Position numbers and translations under genes: made by a program. This document shows, in pieces, positions 41,799-52,750 of a stretch of 64,000 bases of DNA (the stretch's first letter is position 1; each line of letters starts with the position of its first letter). The stretch is from the sequence record OZ035789.1, one strand, 5' to 3'. The notes beneath the pieces are model-generated. The model was not told where the DNA came from and made no database searches. It saw only the letters and a program-made list of their open reading frames with translations. Source of the stretch: Tequatrovirus BCH953P4.

Positions 41799-42737
41799 TT
41801 ATTTAAATTGTTCAGTAACGTCTTCAACTACTTCGTATTGGCAGGTACGCATTTTAGCGTCGTTGTAATCAATCGGAATTGATACTACATCACGCGGATG
41901 TACTTTAACTTTTACAACTCGGCTGGTTGAACTGCCAAAGTGACGAATATAAGATTTAGAACACACATGCAGACCACGAGAACAAGTTTGTGTATCATCG
42001 TCATTCACACGAGTACGTGGCATTTTAACTACTTTACCAGGACTGTTATCAAAGGTATTTGAGTGACAGTCAAAGTAGTTGTCACGAACTACTTTCCAAG
42101 CATAGAAGTAACCATCTTCGGTGATTTCAATATCGTTTGCTACCAAGAAATCAAAGAGTCGAGATACCGCTTTTTGGCTTGGGTTTTCCAGCAGATTTTC
42201 CAAGAACGGAAAATAAAATTCAAAGTTTTCGCCTTTTTCCATCGAGTCAAGAATACGATCAACCAAACCAGACCGCAATTCAATATTTTGATAGAACAAG
42301 CTTCCACCTTCAATTCGAACATCACCGGAAATATATTTTTCAACAGCGCGACGAACATTAATTTTTTGTGCCGCTTCTTCCAATTTATCTGCTACGAGCA
42401 GATTAAGAATTTCCTGGAAGTTTGAATGAGTATTAGGAGTTGCGTTATAAGTTACACCGTCAACAGTAATTGAAATGAATTTTTTAGATGCATTCCAAAT
42501 AATGTCAGATTTAGCAACTGGAGCAATAACTGCATCGCTATTAACTTTAACTGTAATATCACCGCTAATAGTAACTTTAGGGCGTTTAGCTTCTTCAGCA
42601 TTTTTCAAAACACGACGGATTGTGTCAACCGATACACCTTGCCAATCAGCCAATTCCTGTTGGGTGTAATTACCACTTGAATACAGTTTAACAATTTCAG
42701 CTTGTTCGTTTTTGGTCAGGCATTTAATATTGTACAT
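41799..42737 (-). CDS. rIIB: rIIB
   Basis: 312-aa ORF, T4 rIIB length, adjacent to rIIA. Confidence 0.9.
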   Translation of the reverse strand: MYNIKCLTKNEQAEIVKLYSSGNYTQQELADWQGVSVDTIRRVLKNAEEAKRPKVTISGDITVKVNSDAVIAPVAKSDIIWNASKKFISITVDGVTYNATPNTHSNFQEILNLLVADKLEEAAQKINVRRAVEKYISGDVRIEGGSLFYQNIELRSGLVDRILDSMEKGENFEFYFPFLENLLENPSQKAVSRLFDFLVANDIEITEDGYFYAWKVVRDNYFDCHSNTFDNSPGKVVKMPRTRVNDDDTQTCSRGLHVCSKSYIRHFGSSTSRVVKVKVHPRDVVSIPIDYNDAKMRTCQYEVVEDVTEQFK

Positions 42738-42748
42738 AATTTTCCTTA

Positions 42749-44926
42749 TTAGGCCGCAAGGGCCTTCATAGTTTTAGCGATTTGAGAAACTTCATCATCA
42801 CTTAAAGAGTTGCGATATCCGATGAAGTCGGAAACAATACGGAATTTCTTGGTAAACTCAGCAACCATTTTATCACTGTTTTTTGAAGCATTATTTGATA
42901 ATACATCAAAAAGATTAGTTACTGTCCAGATGTCATGACCAATGGTATCTTTTCCACCATTAAAATATACACCCTGTAATGAACTAACCATATTAGCGAG
43001 TCGTGTATATTCTTCAGAAACTTCATCTACACTGAAGTACTTCATCATAAAATCTAATTCAGGATACTTGATAATTTTATCAATATATCGTTTAGCTGAA
43101 CTTGAATAACCTACATACTTATCATAATCTACATCATCAAAAGCATCTACATATAAATCACGCAAAGCTTCAAAAATACATTGGCACTGACCGAGTTCTT
43201 TTACCTTTTTCTGTAAAAGCGGACGAATAACATAAAATTCATTAATGCCAATAAGATTAGCCATACGAATCAAAATATTCATAGATGGATGACAAAGCGA
43301 TGTAGTACCATCCATAGAGAAAATATCAGAACGATGCATATACGCTACATAACCAGTAATTTCATCTGCTTCTGACGTAAGTGTAAATAGTTCCTCTTTT
43401 TCCCAGCGCCCATCTTTAATTTCAAACTTAAATGCTGTAGCAGCTTTAGGACGAGGAGCTTTACTTTTAACTACCTTTGGAATATAGCTTTTAACTAAAG
43501 CTTCAATTTCTGACAAATAATGAATGTTAACTTCATCACTTTCAAACATCGCAATAATGTCAGGAAGCAAATCAATCTGTGATTCTACTTCTGGATTAAT
43601 AAACAGAAGGCGTTCGTTGTGATGAATATTCAAAGTGTTATTAAATTCACTATCATCTAACGCACGTGCTAATCCACGGACAATATTAACACGATTTTTA
43701 ATATTATCAATAACGATATTAATTTTTGTTGTATTAATACCAAACAGACGATAACTTGATGCAATGGCTGAAGTTTCATGACTTTGCTTAATGCGCTTCA
43801 GTCGAGGGTCAAGATTTACTTCATACACAACTCCTGCATTGCATAACTTACTGTCAGGTTCAAACATACTCTGCATCTTCTTATATGACAGATTTTTAGT
43901 CGTGAATTTGACTGAATTACTAATCATATAATCTCGAGCAGAATACCCCATCTTCATCAATTCACGATATGTGTGACGAGGAGATGTAGATTCTTTAAAT
44001 CGTTTTACATCTTCATTAAATGCTTTCTCACTGAGTTCTTTAACTCGTTCAATAATATTTTTACGAGTACGATCATCCAGCGAAAGAGCCTCGCGAGATG
44101 GAGCAATATCAAGTGAACCCATTGGAAACTTAATGTAATTCACTTCATTGCGAATGCTTAACCAGTTGCGGTCTCTAATAACACCATCAATAGGATAAAC
44201 AATACCGCCATAGATAGCATATAATCCACCACGATCAGGCCAGTATCTTTCTGGATTTACACCGTAATAGTCATCAAAATCCGGAAAATAGTCAATTTCG
44301 CGGTCAAGACCATTAATGATAGCCAAATCTTTGAATGGTCGCATGATATAAGAAACTTCATAAGCAAAGTTTCTAAAGTCTTTTTCTTCAACTGGAACTA
44401 CGATTTCAATACCAGTTTTATCATCTGGACCCATTTCTTTTACGAATGTAGGTTTAATCTGTGGACCATCACCATCCATATAAGCTACATAACCACGAAT
44501 TTCACCTTTATGATACGAAGTAATACTAAATGTATCAGTATAACTAAACGGAGATTTAGAACCTAAACCAAATCCGCCAATGAAATCGTTAGATTCAGCC
44601 TTAGATGAACTGAAGTATGAATTATACAACCCAGGAGAATTATCATCACCTTGAATATCAAAATCACTCATACCCGGACCAAAATCTCGACAAACAAATC
44701 GTGGATCTAAACGTCCTGGAACTTGTATGATAAATTTTTCAGGATTTCCATTGAGAGCATGGGCATCAATCATGTTGGTAATCAATTCACGGACTACTGC
44801 GCGAATCTTGTTTGTATACAAATCAGATGACAGAATTTTAAATACTTTAGGATTTGCTGCGATGCTAAATGCTTTTGATTTAGAACCATTGCCAAGAATT
44901 GTTTCTTTTTCAGTGGTGATAATCAT
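42749..44926 (-). CDS. rIIA: rIIA
   Basis: 725-aa ORF, T4 rIIA length; GHKL-like ATPase N-terminal region ([10 protein letters not shown]..). Confidence 0.95.
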   Translation of the reverse strand: MIITTEKETILGNGSKSKAFSIAANPKVFKILSSDLYTNKIRAVVRELITNMIDAHALNGNPEKFIIQVPGRLDPRFVCRDFGPGMSDFDIQGDDNSPGLYNSYFSSSKAESNDFIGGFGLGSKSPFSYTDTFSITSYHKGEIRGYVAYMDGDGPQIKPTFVKEMGPDDKTGIEIVVPVEEKDFRNFAYEVSYIMRPFKDLAIINGLDREIDYFPDFDDYYGVNPERYWPDRGGLYAIYGGIVYPIDGVIRDRNWLSIRNEVNYIKFPMGSLDIAPSREALSLDDRTRKNIIERVKELSEKAFNEDVKRFKESTSPRHTYRELMKMGYSARDYMISNSVKFTTKNLSYKKMQSMFEPDSKLCNAGVVYEVNLDPRLKRIKQSHETSAIASSYRLFGINTTKINIVIDNIKNRVNIVRGLARALDDSEFNNTLNIHHNERLLFINPEVESQIDLLPDIIAMFESDEVNIHYLSEIEALVKSYIPKVVKSKAPRPKAATAFKFEIKDGRWEKEELFTLTSEADEITGYVAYMHRSDIFSMDGTTSLCHPSMNILIRMANLIGINEFYVIRPLLQKKVKELGQCQCIFEALRDLYVDAFDDVDYDKYVGYSSSAKRYIDKIIKYPELDFMMKYFSVDEVSEEYTRLANMVSSLQGVYFNGGKDTIGHDIWTVTNLFDVLSNNASKNSDKMVAEFTKKFRIVSDFIGYRNSLSDDEVSQIAKTMKALAA

Positions 44927-44936
44927 AATTTCCTCA

Positions 44937-45140
44937 TTAATTCATATTACGCTTAATAACTTCAGCAACTTCTAGTAATTCATCTTTAGTTGCGGTGTCG
45001 GATTGAATTTTATCTCTAATATCTTTAAAGCGGTTTTTAAATTCTTCGGCTTCTCCCATATCGAAAAAGCGTTGAATGATTCTATATTCTCGATGAACTG
45101 CTTTATCAAAAAGTTCTAAATTTACTTTATATGATTTCAT
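44937..45140 (-). CDS. hypothetical protein (67 aa)
   Basis: ORF track; early promoter upstream inside gene 39 3' end. Confidence 0.55.
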   Translation of the reverse strand: MKSYKVNLELFDKAVHREYRIIQRFFDMGEAEEFKNRFKDIRDKIQSDTATKDELLEVAEVIKRNMN

Positions 45141-45163
45141 TCCAATATCCTCATTTGCCCAAT

Positions 45164-45196
45164 TAATTATACCACATCCTTGTGGTAAAGTAAACT
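45164..45196 (-). promoter_or_regulatory. early promoter for the 67-aa ORF/rIIA unit
   Basis: GTTTAC, 17-nt spacer, TATAAT. Confidence 0.5.
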
Positions 45197-47015
45197 ACTG
45201 ACTCATCCATTCTTTGCGAAGGTCAGCATTATCTCCCATGAGCATTTCAAAAAGCTCTTTCCAGTTCTCAGGAAGTTTAACAACATCATATACTGGATTT
45301 TGAATCATTTCACGATATTCAGATTTTTCCAAAGAGCCAAGTCCTTTAATATAACGGATGCTATGTTTAGGTAGAGCATCTTTGGCACTCTCATATTCAG
45401 CGACTGTATAAAACCATTCTTGTTTTTTACCGACCTGAGCGATGATTACAGGAGTTTTGACAAAGCGAATTCGTCCTTGCTCAAACAATTCTGGCCAATT
45501 ACTAAAAAACCCGAGCAGAGAAGGATAAATGCTTCCTAAACCATCATGGTCAGCATCGGTCATAATAGCAATATTATGATAATTCAAGTTTTCAGCTTTT
45601 TCACCAAGAACTAATCCAGTGATTGCGCAAATATCAAATAGTTCTTTGTTTTTAAGCATATCTGCATATGACATACCCCAACTGTTGAGAACTTTACCAC
45701 GCAATGGATAACCACCATGAAGTTCTTTATCACGAACATCAATAAGATACCCGATAGCAGAATCACCCTCAGTCAAGAAAAGAGTAGTGTCAGCATCTTT
45801 ACCGCAAAGATTCGCTTTGATATGTTTATGAACTTTAGCTTTAGAAGCCTTTTTAGCTGCTTTAGTTTCTGCTGCTTTTTCTGCTGCCAATTTACGAGCC
45901 AAGGCAGCTTCAATAATTGGCATCAAAATAGCTTCATTATTTAGAATAGCGCGTGAAATCTTTTTAGCATCAAGCTGAATATGACTACGAATTTCGCCAA
46001 ATGGAGAAGTCAAACGCTCTTTAGTTTGAGAATCAAATCGCATGTTTTTCATATCACGAACAAACATAACGATAGTCAAACATTCTTTAACACGTGCTTT
46101 AGTTACATCAATTTTAAACTTACGTTTGATTTGTGGAATAAGGTCTTCACAAATATCATCCATAACACAGTCAATGTGATGGCCACCATTCTTAGTGTGA
46201 ATGTTATTCACATAAGTTAATTGACGAAAACCATCCGGTGAACGACCAACCGCAATAGAACAATTTTCTTGTTCCTGAACAATAGCATGCTCATCATATT
46301 GGCGTGCATATTTCTTAAAATTGCCCTGAACCTTTTTACCATTAAAGGTAAATTGAATATCAGGATAAACTACTGCAAGTGTCTGGAGACGATCTAGTGT
46401 AATGTCAAGATAAACTTGTGACAGCTCATTAGTTTCAAATGACATAAAATCAGGAATGAAAGTAACACGAGTTCCTTTCCATTTTCCAGGAATAGTTTCC
46501 CATGATTTATTTTCCATGCCATTTGAACAACGAACTACAATATTATTTTGACCATCACCAGTTTCACCGACAAACATCACAGAAAAAATGTTTGTCAAAC
46601 TAGAACCAACACCATTCATACCGCCGGTGACGCGTTCTTTATCATCACCGAAGTTACCACCTGCTTTTGGAATAGTCCACGCAGCAACAGGACCAGGAAT
46701 TTCTTCACCTGTAGGTGTTTTAACCATCGCCTGTGGAATACCACGACCGTTATCTTCAACTGTTACTTGATTGTTTTTAATAGTAACATTAATTTTATTT
46801 GCGAATTTAAACTTAGTACGAATACCTTCATCTACTGAGTTATCGATAATTTCATCAATAAGCTTAACAAGACCAGGTACATACTGAACACTTTCCCATT
46901 TACCAAACAGAAAGCGCTCATGCATTTCATTAGCAGAAGAGCCAATGTACATGCCGCTACGCTTTTTGATATGTTCAATATCGCTCAGAATTTTAATTTC
47001 ATTCTTAATCATCAC
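45195..47015 (-). CDS. 39: topoisomerase II large (GyrB-like ATPase) subunit, unsplit 39 (39+60 equivalent)
   Basis: Continuous 606-codon ORF; GHKL ATPase and Toprim motifs; no intervening insertion or bypass element. Confidence 0.9.
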   Translation of the reverse strand: MMIKNEIKILSDIEHIKKRSGMYIGSSANEMHERFLFGKWESVQYVPGLVKLIDEIIDNSVDEGIRTKFKFANKINVTIKNNQVTVEDNGRGIPQAMVKTPTGEEIPGPVAAWTIPKAGGNFGDDKERVTGGMNGVGSSLTNIFSVMFVGETGDGQNNIVVRCSNGMENKSWETIPGKWKGTRVTFIPDFMSFETNELSQVYLDITLDRLQTLAVVYPDIQFTFNGKKVQGNFKKYARQYDEHAIVQEQENCSIAVGRSPDGFRQLTYVNNIHTKNGGHHIDCVMDDICEDLIPQIKRKFKIDVTKARVKECLTIVMFVRDMKNMRFDSQTKERLTSPFGEIRSHIQLDAKKISRAILNNEAILMPIIEAALARKLAAEKAAETKAAKKASKAKVHKHIKANLCGKDADTTLFLTEGDSAIGYLIDVRDKELHGGYPLRGKVLNSWGMSYADMLKNKELFDICAITGLVLGEKAENLNYHNIAIMTDADHDGLGSIYPSLLGFFSNWPELFEQGRIRFVKTPVIIAQVGKKQEWFYTVAEYESAKDALPKHSIRYIKGLGSLEKSEYREMIQNPVYDVVKLPENWKELFEMLMGDNADLRKEWMSQ

Positions 47016-47039
47016 TTATCCTCGTTTGGTTTCGGGAAT

Positions 47040-47066
47040 ATTATACTCCGGTAATCATAAAGCTAA
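47040..47066 (-). promoter_or_regulatory. MotA-dependent middle promoter for gene 39
   Basis: Minus strand GCTTTA MotA box, 12-nt gap, TATAAT -10, ~25 nt before gene 39 ATG. Confidence 0.5.
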
Positions 47067-47081
47067 AGGCCCGAAGGCCTT

Positions 47082-47342
47082 TTATTTAAAACGAATAGTC
47101 GAATCCTTGAAGAATAGTCCAGAACATACTGTTCCTTCTACTTTCTGCCCAGTAGGTCCAATAGCACGAAATCCAGTATGCTGGAAATCATTTTCAGAGC
47201 AACCGAACCAATTATATCCAGTGATTTCAATATTAGTAAAACCACTTGAAGACAAAACTTTGGTTGCATTATCAGCATCAGTACATCCTATTAAAGACAC
47301 TGCTAATACTAATGCTGCGATAGAACGATTAATATATTTCAT
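47082..47342 (-). CDS. predicted lipoprotein (86 aa)
   Basis: Signal peptide with lipobox LIGC-T. Confidence 0.6.
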   Translation of the reverse strand: MKYINRSIAALVLAVSLIGCTDADNATKVLSSSGFTNIEITGYNWFGCSENDFQHTGFRAIGPTGQKVEGTVCSGLFFKDSTIRFK

Positions 47343-47344
47343 AA

Positions 47345-47521
47345 TTACCCTTTAAGCAAGTCGTAAAATCCGCCATTCACATGCTTAGGAGCGGAAACTA
47401 ACCGAATAGCAATCCGATGACAATCAGGACATACATCAGTATCCCTTTCAGAAATTTTCTTGATTTTTTCGTATTCTTTTGCACAGTCTTTGGATTGACA
47501 TTTATAATCATAAAGAGGCAT
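47345..47521 (-). CDS. small zinc-ribbon protein (58 aa)
   Basis: Hand-translated MPLYDYKCQSKDCAKEYE..CPDCH.. (CxxC..CxxC); ATG 2 nt beyond the goF stop. Confidence 0.4.
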   Translation of the reverse strand: MPLYDYKCQSKDCAKEYEKIKKISERDTDVCPDCHRIAIRLVSAPKHVNGGFYDLLKG

Positions 47522-47523
47522 AA

Positions 47524-47949
47524 TTATTCCTTAAAGTGAGCTTTCAACATCTGATACAAGGACCATGCCTGTTCATTATTTTCAATAGTAACTTTCATGA
47601 CCGGGAATTCTGTGAAATCTTCTATTTGTTCTTGCTCTTTCTCTTCCTGCTCTTTCTCTTCAACTGCCTGATATGGATTTTCCACTTCATCAAAGAACCC
47701 AGCTTCGTTAGTAGAAAGCCAGATAAAGTTTTCGTCAAGGATATCACCATGTGTTGCATATCCAACTGTGCCAGCAGATGTCACAATTTTAGTAGGACGA
47801 CCAAGATGGTCAACATCTAAAATTTTAAAAGGATGCATACCTAAACGTCGTGCATAGATTCCGTTATCAGTATGGTCTTTAATAAAATTTTCTTGAGCTT
47901 GTTTATTTTTAAATTGATACCATTTATTAACTTCAAATTTAATAGCCAT
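47524..47949 (-). CDS. goF: GoF-like protein (141 aa)
   Basis: Size and position match T4 goF; acidic [12 protein letters not shown] repeat. Confidence 0.6.
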   Translation of the reverse strand: MAIKFEVNKWYQFKNKQAQENFIKDHTDNGIYARRLGMHPFKILDVDHLGRPTKIVTSAGTVGYATHGDILDENFIWLSTNEAGFFDEVENPYQAVEEKEQEEKEQEQIEDFTEFPVMKVTIENNEQAWSLYQMLKAHFKE

Positions 47950-48164
47950 TAATAAATTTCCTTCCAGTAAGTTGTGCCATCTTCAGTAATTTCACGAAAT
48001 ACACCGTAAATTGGTTGTTTATCACCGACTTTCTCATACACATAAACCGAAGTCAAGTGAGTAAACTTGCTAGTATGTTCCTTTTGAACTACTACCAAAT
48101 CTGGATCGAATAATACATCTTCAAATTCATCATTAGTGCAATTCTGAACAATTTTACGTTTCAT
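47949..48164 (-). CDS. cef: Cef-like protein (71 aa)
   Basis: Size and position match T4 cef. Confidence 0.5.
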   Translation of the reverse strand: MKRKIVQNCTNDEFEDVLFDPDLVVVQKEHTSKFTHLTSVYVYEKVGDKQPIYGVFREITEDGTTYWKEIY

Positions 48165-48336
48165 TACAATTTCCTCATTAATTGAACATTGGAGAGATGC
48201 GTTTCAGAAGAGTATCAGCACCTTTAACGAATTATCCATTTTATTCTTCAAGTTGTTTTCTGTATCAGTAGTTGATATTGATATAGTACCATAATCAACT
48301 ACTGATGTATATAGTTTTATGAAAAAATTTTAAACC

Positions 48337-48828
48337 TTATGCATAGCGAGCTTTGCTGTAGTGTTTAATCCAACTTTCAGGAATGACTTTGTATGTTCCT
48401 AAAAATACCACATTGTACAGCTTAACACCATCTTCTACCCATTGATCAGTAATGTATGCACACATAGCGCGAGTACGCTGAGGAAGTGGTTGTCCACCTT
48501 CGGTAAATTCAAACTCATAAGGAGCAATGAACTTGATAGCTTGACCAAGTTTCCACTTAAAGTCTACACCTACATGTGAAGTATCAATCGTTTCAATTCC
48601 TTTAGCAGGAACAGCTTTCAAAAACGCAGATTCAAGAAATTTCGCGCGAACATAACCAAACTGAGGTTTAGACTTTCCATCTTTAGGAATGATACGCACT
48701 TTTACTTCAGAATCTTCATCTTTAACGCCATGTTTAAGCTGAATGCTTACAATTTCGACCAATTTTCCTGCTGCTTTAGAACGGGATTTATCAGATACAC
48801 GAGCAATTTCACCAATATTAATAATCAT
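48337..48828 (-). CDS. motB: MotB
   Basis: 163-aa ORF at T4 motB position; early promoter upstream. Confidence 0.7.
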   Translation of the reverse strand: MIINIGEIARVSDKSRSKAAGKLVEIVSIQLKHGVKDEDSEVKVRIIPKDGKSKPQFGYVRAKFLESAFLKAVPAKGIETIDTSHVGVDFKWKLGQAIKFIAPYEFEFTEGGQPLPQRTRAMCAYITDQWVEDGVKLYNVVFLGTYKVIPESWIKHYSKARYA

Positions 48829-48870
48829 AGTTATCTCTCACTTGTTAAAAAGATTTTATACTCCACAGGA

Positions 48871-48903
48871 CCATTATACTCTGGTCCCAAGAGTTTGTAA
48901 ACT
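48871..48903 (-). promoter_or_regulatory. early promoter for motB
   Basis: GTTTAC, 18-nt spacer, TATAAT. Confidence 0.5.
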
Positions 48904-48904
48904 A

Positions 48905-49447
48905 TTAATTCAAAATAGCTACCACTGCACTACGAGGTACTACGCTAAAATCACCTGCATGAACAACGTTCAGAAGTTCAACACCATCTTCAATCCATTG
49001 GTCTGTTACCCAACCACAGACCGAAATAAATGGAGTCTTGATAGCTACCGCATGAGTTAGAAGGTCGGTAGGGTCTTGTTCTTCAACTTCTTGGAACAGG
49101 ATGAACTCATCTTCATAAACCAGGTTTTTCTTTATTTTGTTATTATCTAACCGGCGACCGTGGATGACGTAAGATTTGTCAAACCACTCACTTTTGGCAA
49201 ATTCTTCAACAATAAATTCGCCTTCGCCAAAAACATCAGTCAGAGTTTTATGACCGGAAATCAAGGCATTAGTTTTAATTTTAGGTTCAACCAGTTTGTA
49301 GGTTTTGCCGATTTCAATAGCGGTAGTCATAGTAGGTTCCTCAATTTCCAGCGGTTTAACAGGGCATACATAAGTGCTTACAACATCAAAATCAATCAGT
49401 TTAGCTACCGGATTTGGTATGTATTCAGGATTATAATTAAATTTCAT
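48905..49447 (-). CDS. MotB paralogue (180 aa)
   Basis: C-terminal WVTDQWIEDGVELLNVV matches YITDQWVEDGVKLYNVV of the adjacent MotB. Confidence 0.6.
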   Translation of the reverse strand: MKFNYNPEYIPNPVAKLIDFDVVSTYVCPVKPLEIEEPTMTTAIEIGKTYKLVEPKIKTNALISGHKTLTDVFGEGEFIVEEFAKSEWFDKSYVIHGRRLDNNKIKKNLVYEDEFILFQEVEEQDPTDLLTHAVAIKTPFISVCGWVTDQWIEDGVELLNVVHAGDFSVVPRSAVVAILN

Positions 49448-49449
49448 AA

Positions 49450-49989
49450 TTATCTCATTTCAATAAAATCTACGAGTTCAGCATGCGATTTGCGGAACAT
49501 TACTTGGTGCCCGCCAATGATAACTTGGTCATCTGGCACTTCGTATACAGCAAGATAAAATCCTTTAGAAGCTAATTCTTCACGCTCTTCTCGTGTGAAC
49601 CATCTCATCATATCATATTCACTAGCGAAAGCAAAATGATAAAGACCTATAAACCATCCTGGAATATGATATTCTACTCCAACATAATCTTTCTTGAACT
49701 TAGTATTAATTACTATATTAGCGTTTTTAACTAATAGTTTATCTTCGTGTGGTAAAGGAATTCTTTTATTATTATCGCTATGATGCATAAAATTAGGTCT
49801 GTCATAACCTACGTGTAATAGCCACTCTTCGCTCCATGAATCTATTATACTCCTATACGGCGTTATTTGAACACAAAGATTTCGACGTATTGTTATAGCA
49901 TCTTCATAATCAAGAATACTAAACGATGATTCAACACGATAAATTTTCATTTTATTATCCTCAGTAGCTATGGTGTTATAATACCACAA
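49450..49989 (-). CDS. hypothetical protein (179 aa)
   Basis: ORF track; early promoter upstream (~49976-50008). Confidence 0.55.
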   Translation of the reverse strand: MWYYNTIATEDNKMKIYRVESSFSILDYEDAITIRRNLCVQITPYRSIIDSWSEEWLLHVGYDRPNFMHHSDNNKRIPLPHEDKLLVKNANIVINTKFKKDYVGVEYHIPGWFIGLYHFAFASEYDMMRWFTREEREELASKGFYLAVYEVPDDQVIIGGHQVMFRKSHAELVDFIEMR

Positions 49990-50013
49990 CTAACCGAGGA
50001 AGTAAACAACTTT

Positions 50014-50697
50014 TTATCGTTTTGTTGGAAGAGACAGAGGATCGCAATCTTCCTCTGACGGAGCATCTTCAAGACCCATAGCGTATCGCAAAGCATACTT
50101 CATCATCAGGATGTCTTTCGCACAGTCATGAATAGAATCATGCGCAACGAATCCATCTAAAGTTCCTTTTGGAAGAGGACACGTTGTCATATCACGAACA
50201 AGTAGAAGTGCTTCAATTCTGGTACGAATATCACGCTGATTCCAAAATTTACAAGGTTCTAACTTAAATGTATCAAGCTCATTCTCGGAAACGCCGTTAA
50301 GACGTTGAATATCGCGAATGAGATCGACTAAAATTGGAAAATCAAACGACATTCCACGGCACCAGCCTTGAGATTTCCAAGGATCGATATTATGCGCATT
50401 GATGTAATCATTAAATTTTGCAATACCATCGATAGTGCTTACATCTTCATCTGATGGCGCAATATTTTTTCGAGCTTCAGGAGATTGATTCTTCCACCAT
50501 TCGATAGTGCTTTTAGTAAAAAGACGATGTCCTTTTTGGCTTTTTAAATCAAATTTGATTTTAATGCCACGTGAAACTAATTCATCAAATGTTTCAACGA
50601 CTTCTGGATTAGGGTCAAAAGCAATTACAGCCAAATCAATAACAGCTGCTTTTTCACCGCTTCCCATTGTTTCAAAATCTATAATAAAATCAAACAT
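50014..50697 (-). CDS. dexA: exonuclease A
   Basis: 227-aa ORF of T4 DexA length. Confidence 0.85.
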   Translation of the reverse strand: MFDFIIDFETMGSGEKAAVIDLAVIAFDPNPEVVETFDELVSRGIKIKFDLKSQKGHRLFTKSTIEWWKNQSPEARKNIAPSDEDVSTIDGIAKFNDYINAHNIDPWKSQGWCRGMSFDFPILVDLIRDIQRLNGVSENELDTFKLEPCKFWNQRDIRTRIEALLLVRDMTTCPLPKGTLDGFVAHDSIHDCAKDILMMKYALRYAMGLEDAPSEEDCDPLSLPTKR

Positions 50698-50972
50698 TAA
50701 ATTTTCCTTGCTAAATCGCGAATTTGACCTACAGTATAATCTTGGATATAAACTTTATTAATAGGCTCATCAATAAATTTTGCCATAGATTCAATATCTT
50801 TTTGTATCTCTTCAAGACTGTATACTATCTTTAAAGCTTTTTCGCGAATAGTAATATTTTCAGGACTAGAATTTTCCTCAATGACAGCTTTAACATTTGT
50901 CATAAGAGATTTAAACTGATGCAAACTTAATTCAATCATTAATAACCGCCTTATAAAGATGGCTAATTTCAC
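50697..50972 (-). CDS. hypothetical small protein (91 aa), paralogous to next ORF
   Basis: Shares LEEIQKDI / DYTVGQI motifs with 50932..51192 (LEEIERDL / DYVLGEI). Confidence 0.5.
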   Translation of the reverse strand: MKLAIFIRRLLMIELSLHQFKSLMTNVKAVIEENSSPENITIREKALKIVYSLEEIQKDIESMAKFIDEPINKVYIQDYTVGQIRDLARKI

Positions 50973-51192
50973 CTAAAACATAATCACTGATTGTAACAGT
51001 TTTTACTTCACCACAAAAGAATTCTAACGCAATTAAATCTCGTTCAATTTCTTCTAATTGAAGCATTAACTTGCCTGATTCAGTTTTCACGTTTTTGCGA
51101 TTTTTGCTATAAGCAATTTCATAAATTTCGCTTACTTTATCTTGAAGAAGATAAAACTGATCTTTAGTTATTTCCACGAATAGCTTCCTCAA
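50932..51192 (-). CDS. hypothetical small protein (86 aa), paralogous to previous ORF
   Basis: ORF track; motif sharing as above. Confidence 0.5.
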   Translation of the reverse strand: MRKLFVEITKDQFYLLQDKVSEIYEIAYSKNRKNVKTESGKLMLQLEEIERDLIALEFFCGEVKTVTISDYVLGEISHLYKAVIND

Positions 51193-51424
51193 ATTTAATT
51201 AGTAATTTACAGACACTTTCATCTAGTGTAATTACCGTATCTGTATTACTGTGATATGATTGTTTTTCAATTCGTTTAATTGCTAATATAGTATCACTTA
51301 TAAGATAAAGCTTATGAAGGAGCTCAGCTCCTGTTACCATAACATCGAGATTATCTTGCTTATTAGTATGCTTCCTTATACCATCTATTAGACGATTTAA
51401 ATATTTTGAATTGATGTTAATCAT
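51164..51424 (-). CDS. hypothetical small protein (86 aa)
   Basis: ORF track. Confidence 0.5.
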   Translation of the reverse strand: MININSKYLNRLIDGIRKHTNKQDNLDVMVTGAELLHKLYLISDTILAIKRIEKQSYHSNTDTVITLDESVCKLLIKFEEAIRGNN

Positions 51425-51430
51425 ATAGCC

Positions 51431-52750
51431 TCACACATAAAATACATCATAACGACCACGAGTTACACCAACATAAAGAAGTTGTTGAGCTAATTCAGCA
51501 TCTGCATAATGAATACAAGGCGTATAAATGAAAGCACGGTCTACAGACATACCCTGAGCTTTATGGAATGTTGACGCAGGAAGTGCTTTCACTTTACTAA
51601 ACTGCGATTTAGCATCCCAAAAATCACTCCACGGGGCTTTTCCGCCTTTATTCCAATTTTTATAAGTTTCTGCCGTTTTACCTAAAAATAAGTTAAACTT
51701 ATACAGCTCTTCATCAGATGAAATTATTTTAATCTTTTCACGATAATATTCATCATCGCCGTAAGTTTCTACTGTTAAATCCCAATGACGAATTAGATAT
51801 TCTCCAGAAACACCACGAGCTTTAACAAAGGTTGATGTATACTCTGCTTCTATAATACGAACTAATTGTCCGTTATTAAAAATAATTTCTGACACAGGCT
51901 TTCCATCAATTTTATATGTTTTAATTAATGGTTCCTGCATTACAATAATTTCACCGACAATAAAATCTTTATCAGTTTCAAAAATCTTTTTACGAATGAT
52001 GCTATTTAACTTATCAACAGATTTATTCGTAAATGCCATTACACGATTTTCAAACAAATCATCTAGTGATTTGACGATTGAAAAATAATTTACCATAAAA
52101 TCGCGTAAAGCGGTATCACCGGTAAATCCACGTACTCCATGACCGTCAACAACTTTATCATAAATCCACTTACCGTTGCGAACATCAGTAGCTACATCAA
52201 TAATAGGAGCATTACTGCGTTTAACTTCAGTGAGTTCACACTGATAAAAATCTTTATGTGTAAAGAATGGACTGATATAAGCAATGTTTTCTCCTGGGTC
52301 AACAGGTCTAATTTGCTTATTATCACCTATTCCAATTATAGTACACCAAGGTGGAATAGTTGAAAGCAGAATTTTAAACAGCTTTCTATCATACATTGAC
52401 ACTTCGTCGCAGATTAATACCCTGCATTTAGCTAAATCTGGTACTTCCTTCTGTTCAAAAAGAACGTTTTCTTCATACGTAACTGGGTTAATTTTAAGAA
52501 TACTGTGAATAGTACTCGCTTCTTTCCCTGACAGTTTTGAAAGAATCTTTTTAGCTGCATGAGTAGGAGCTGCTAAAATAATACCAGTTTCACCCGTAGA
52601 TATTAAAGCTTCAATGATGAACTTAGTAAGAGTAGTCTTACCAGTACCAGCAGGTCCATTAATAGTTACATGATGTTTCTTTTCTTTAATAGCCCTCATA
52701 ACGATGTTAAAGGCATTTTTCTGGCCTTCTGTCAAATCATCAAATGTCAT
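51431..52750 (-). CDS. dda: Dda SF1B DNA helicase
   Basis: 439-aa ORF; Walker A GPAGTGKTT; T4 Dda length. Confidence 0.95.
   Translation of the reverse strand: MTFDDLTEGQKNAFNIVMRAIKEKKHHVTINGPAGTGKTTLTKFIIEALISTGETGIILAAPTHAAKKILSKLSGKEASTIHSILKINPVTYEENVLFEQKEVPDLAKCRVLICDEVSMYDRKLFKILLSTIPPWCTIIGIGDNKQIRPVDPGENIAYISPFFTHKDFYQCELTEVKRSNAPIIDVATDVRNGKWIYDKVVDGHGVRGFTGDTALRDFMVNYFSIVKSLDDLFENRVMAFTNKSVDKLNSIIRKKIFETDKDFIVGEIIVMQEPLIKTYKIDGKPVSEIIFNNGQLVRIIEAEYTSTFVKARGVSGEYLIRHWDLTVETYGDDEYYREKIKIISSDEELYKFNLFLGKTAETYKNWNKGGKAPWSDFWDAKSQFSKVKALPASTFHKAQGMSVDRAFIYTPCIHYADAELAQQLLYVGVTRGRYDVFYV

Noticed and set aside
45195-47015. Searched for the gene 60 translational bypass element and a mobA insertion in the topoisomerase gene
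   Set aside because: Gene 39 is uninterrupted (606 codons); no take-off/landing codon pair or intervening endonuclease ORF is present.
47630-47680. Direct nucleotide repeat ctcttgctctttctcttc / ctgctctttctcttc considered as a repeat element
   Set aside because: It is simply the coding sequence of the [12 protein letters not shown] acidic stretch of the goF-like protein.
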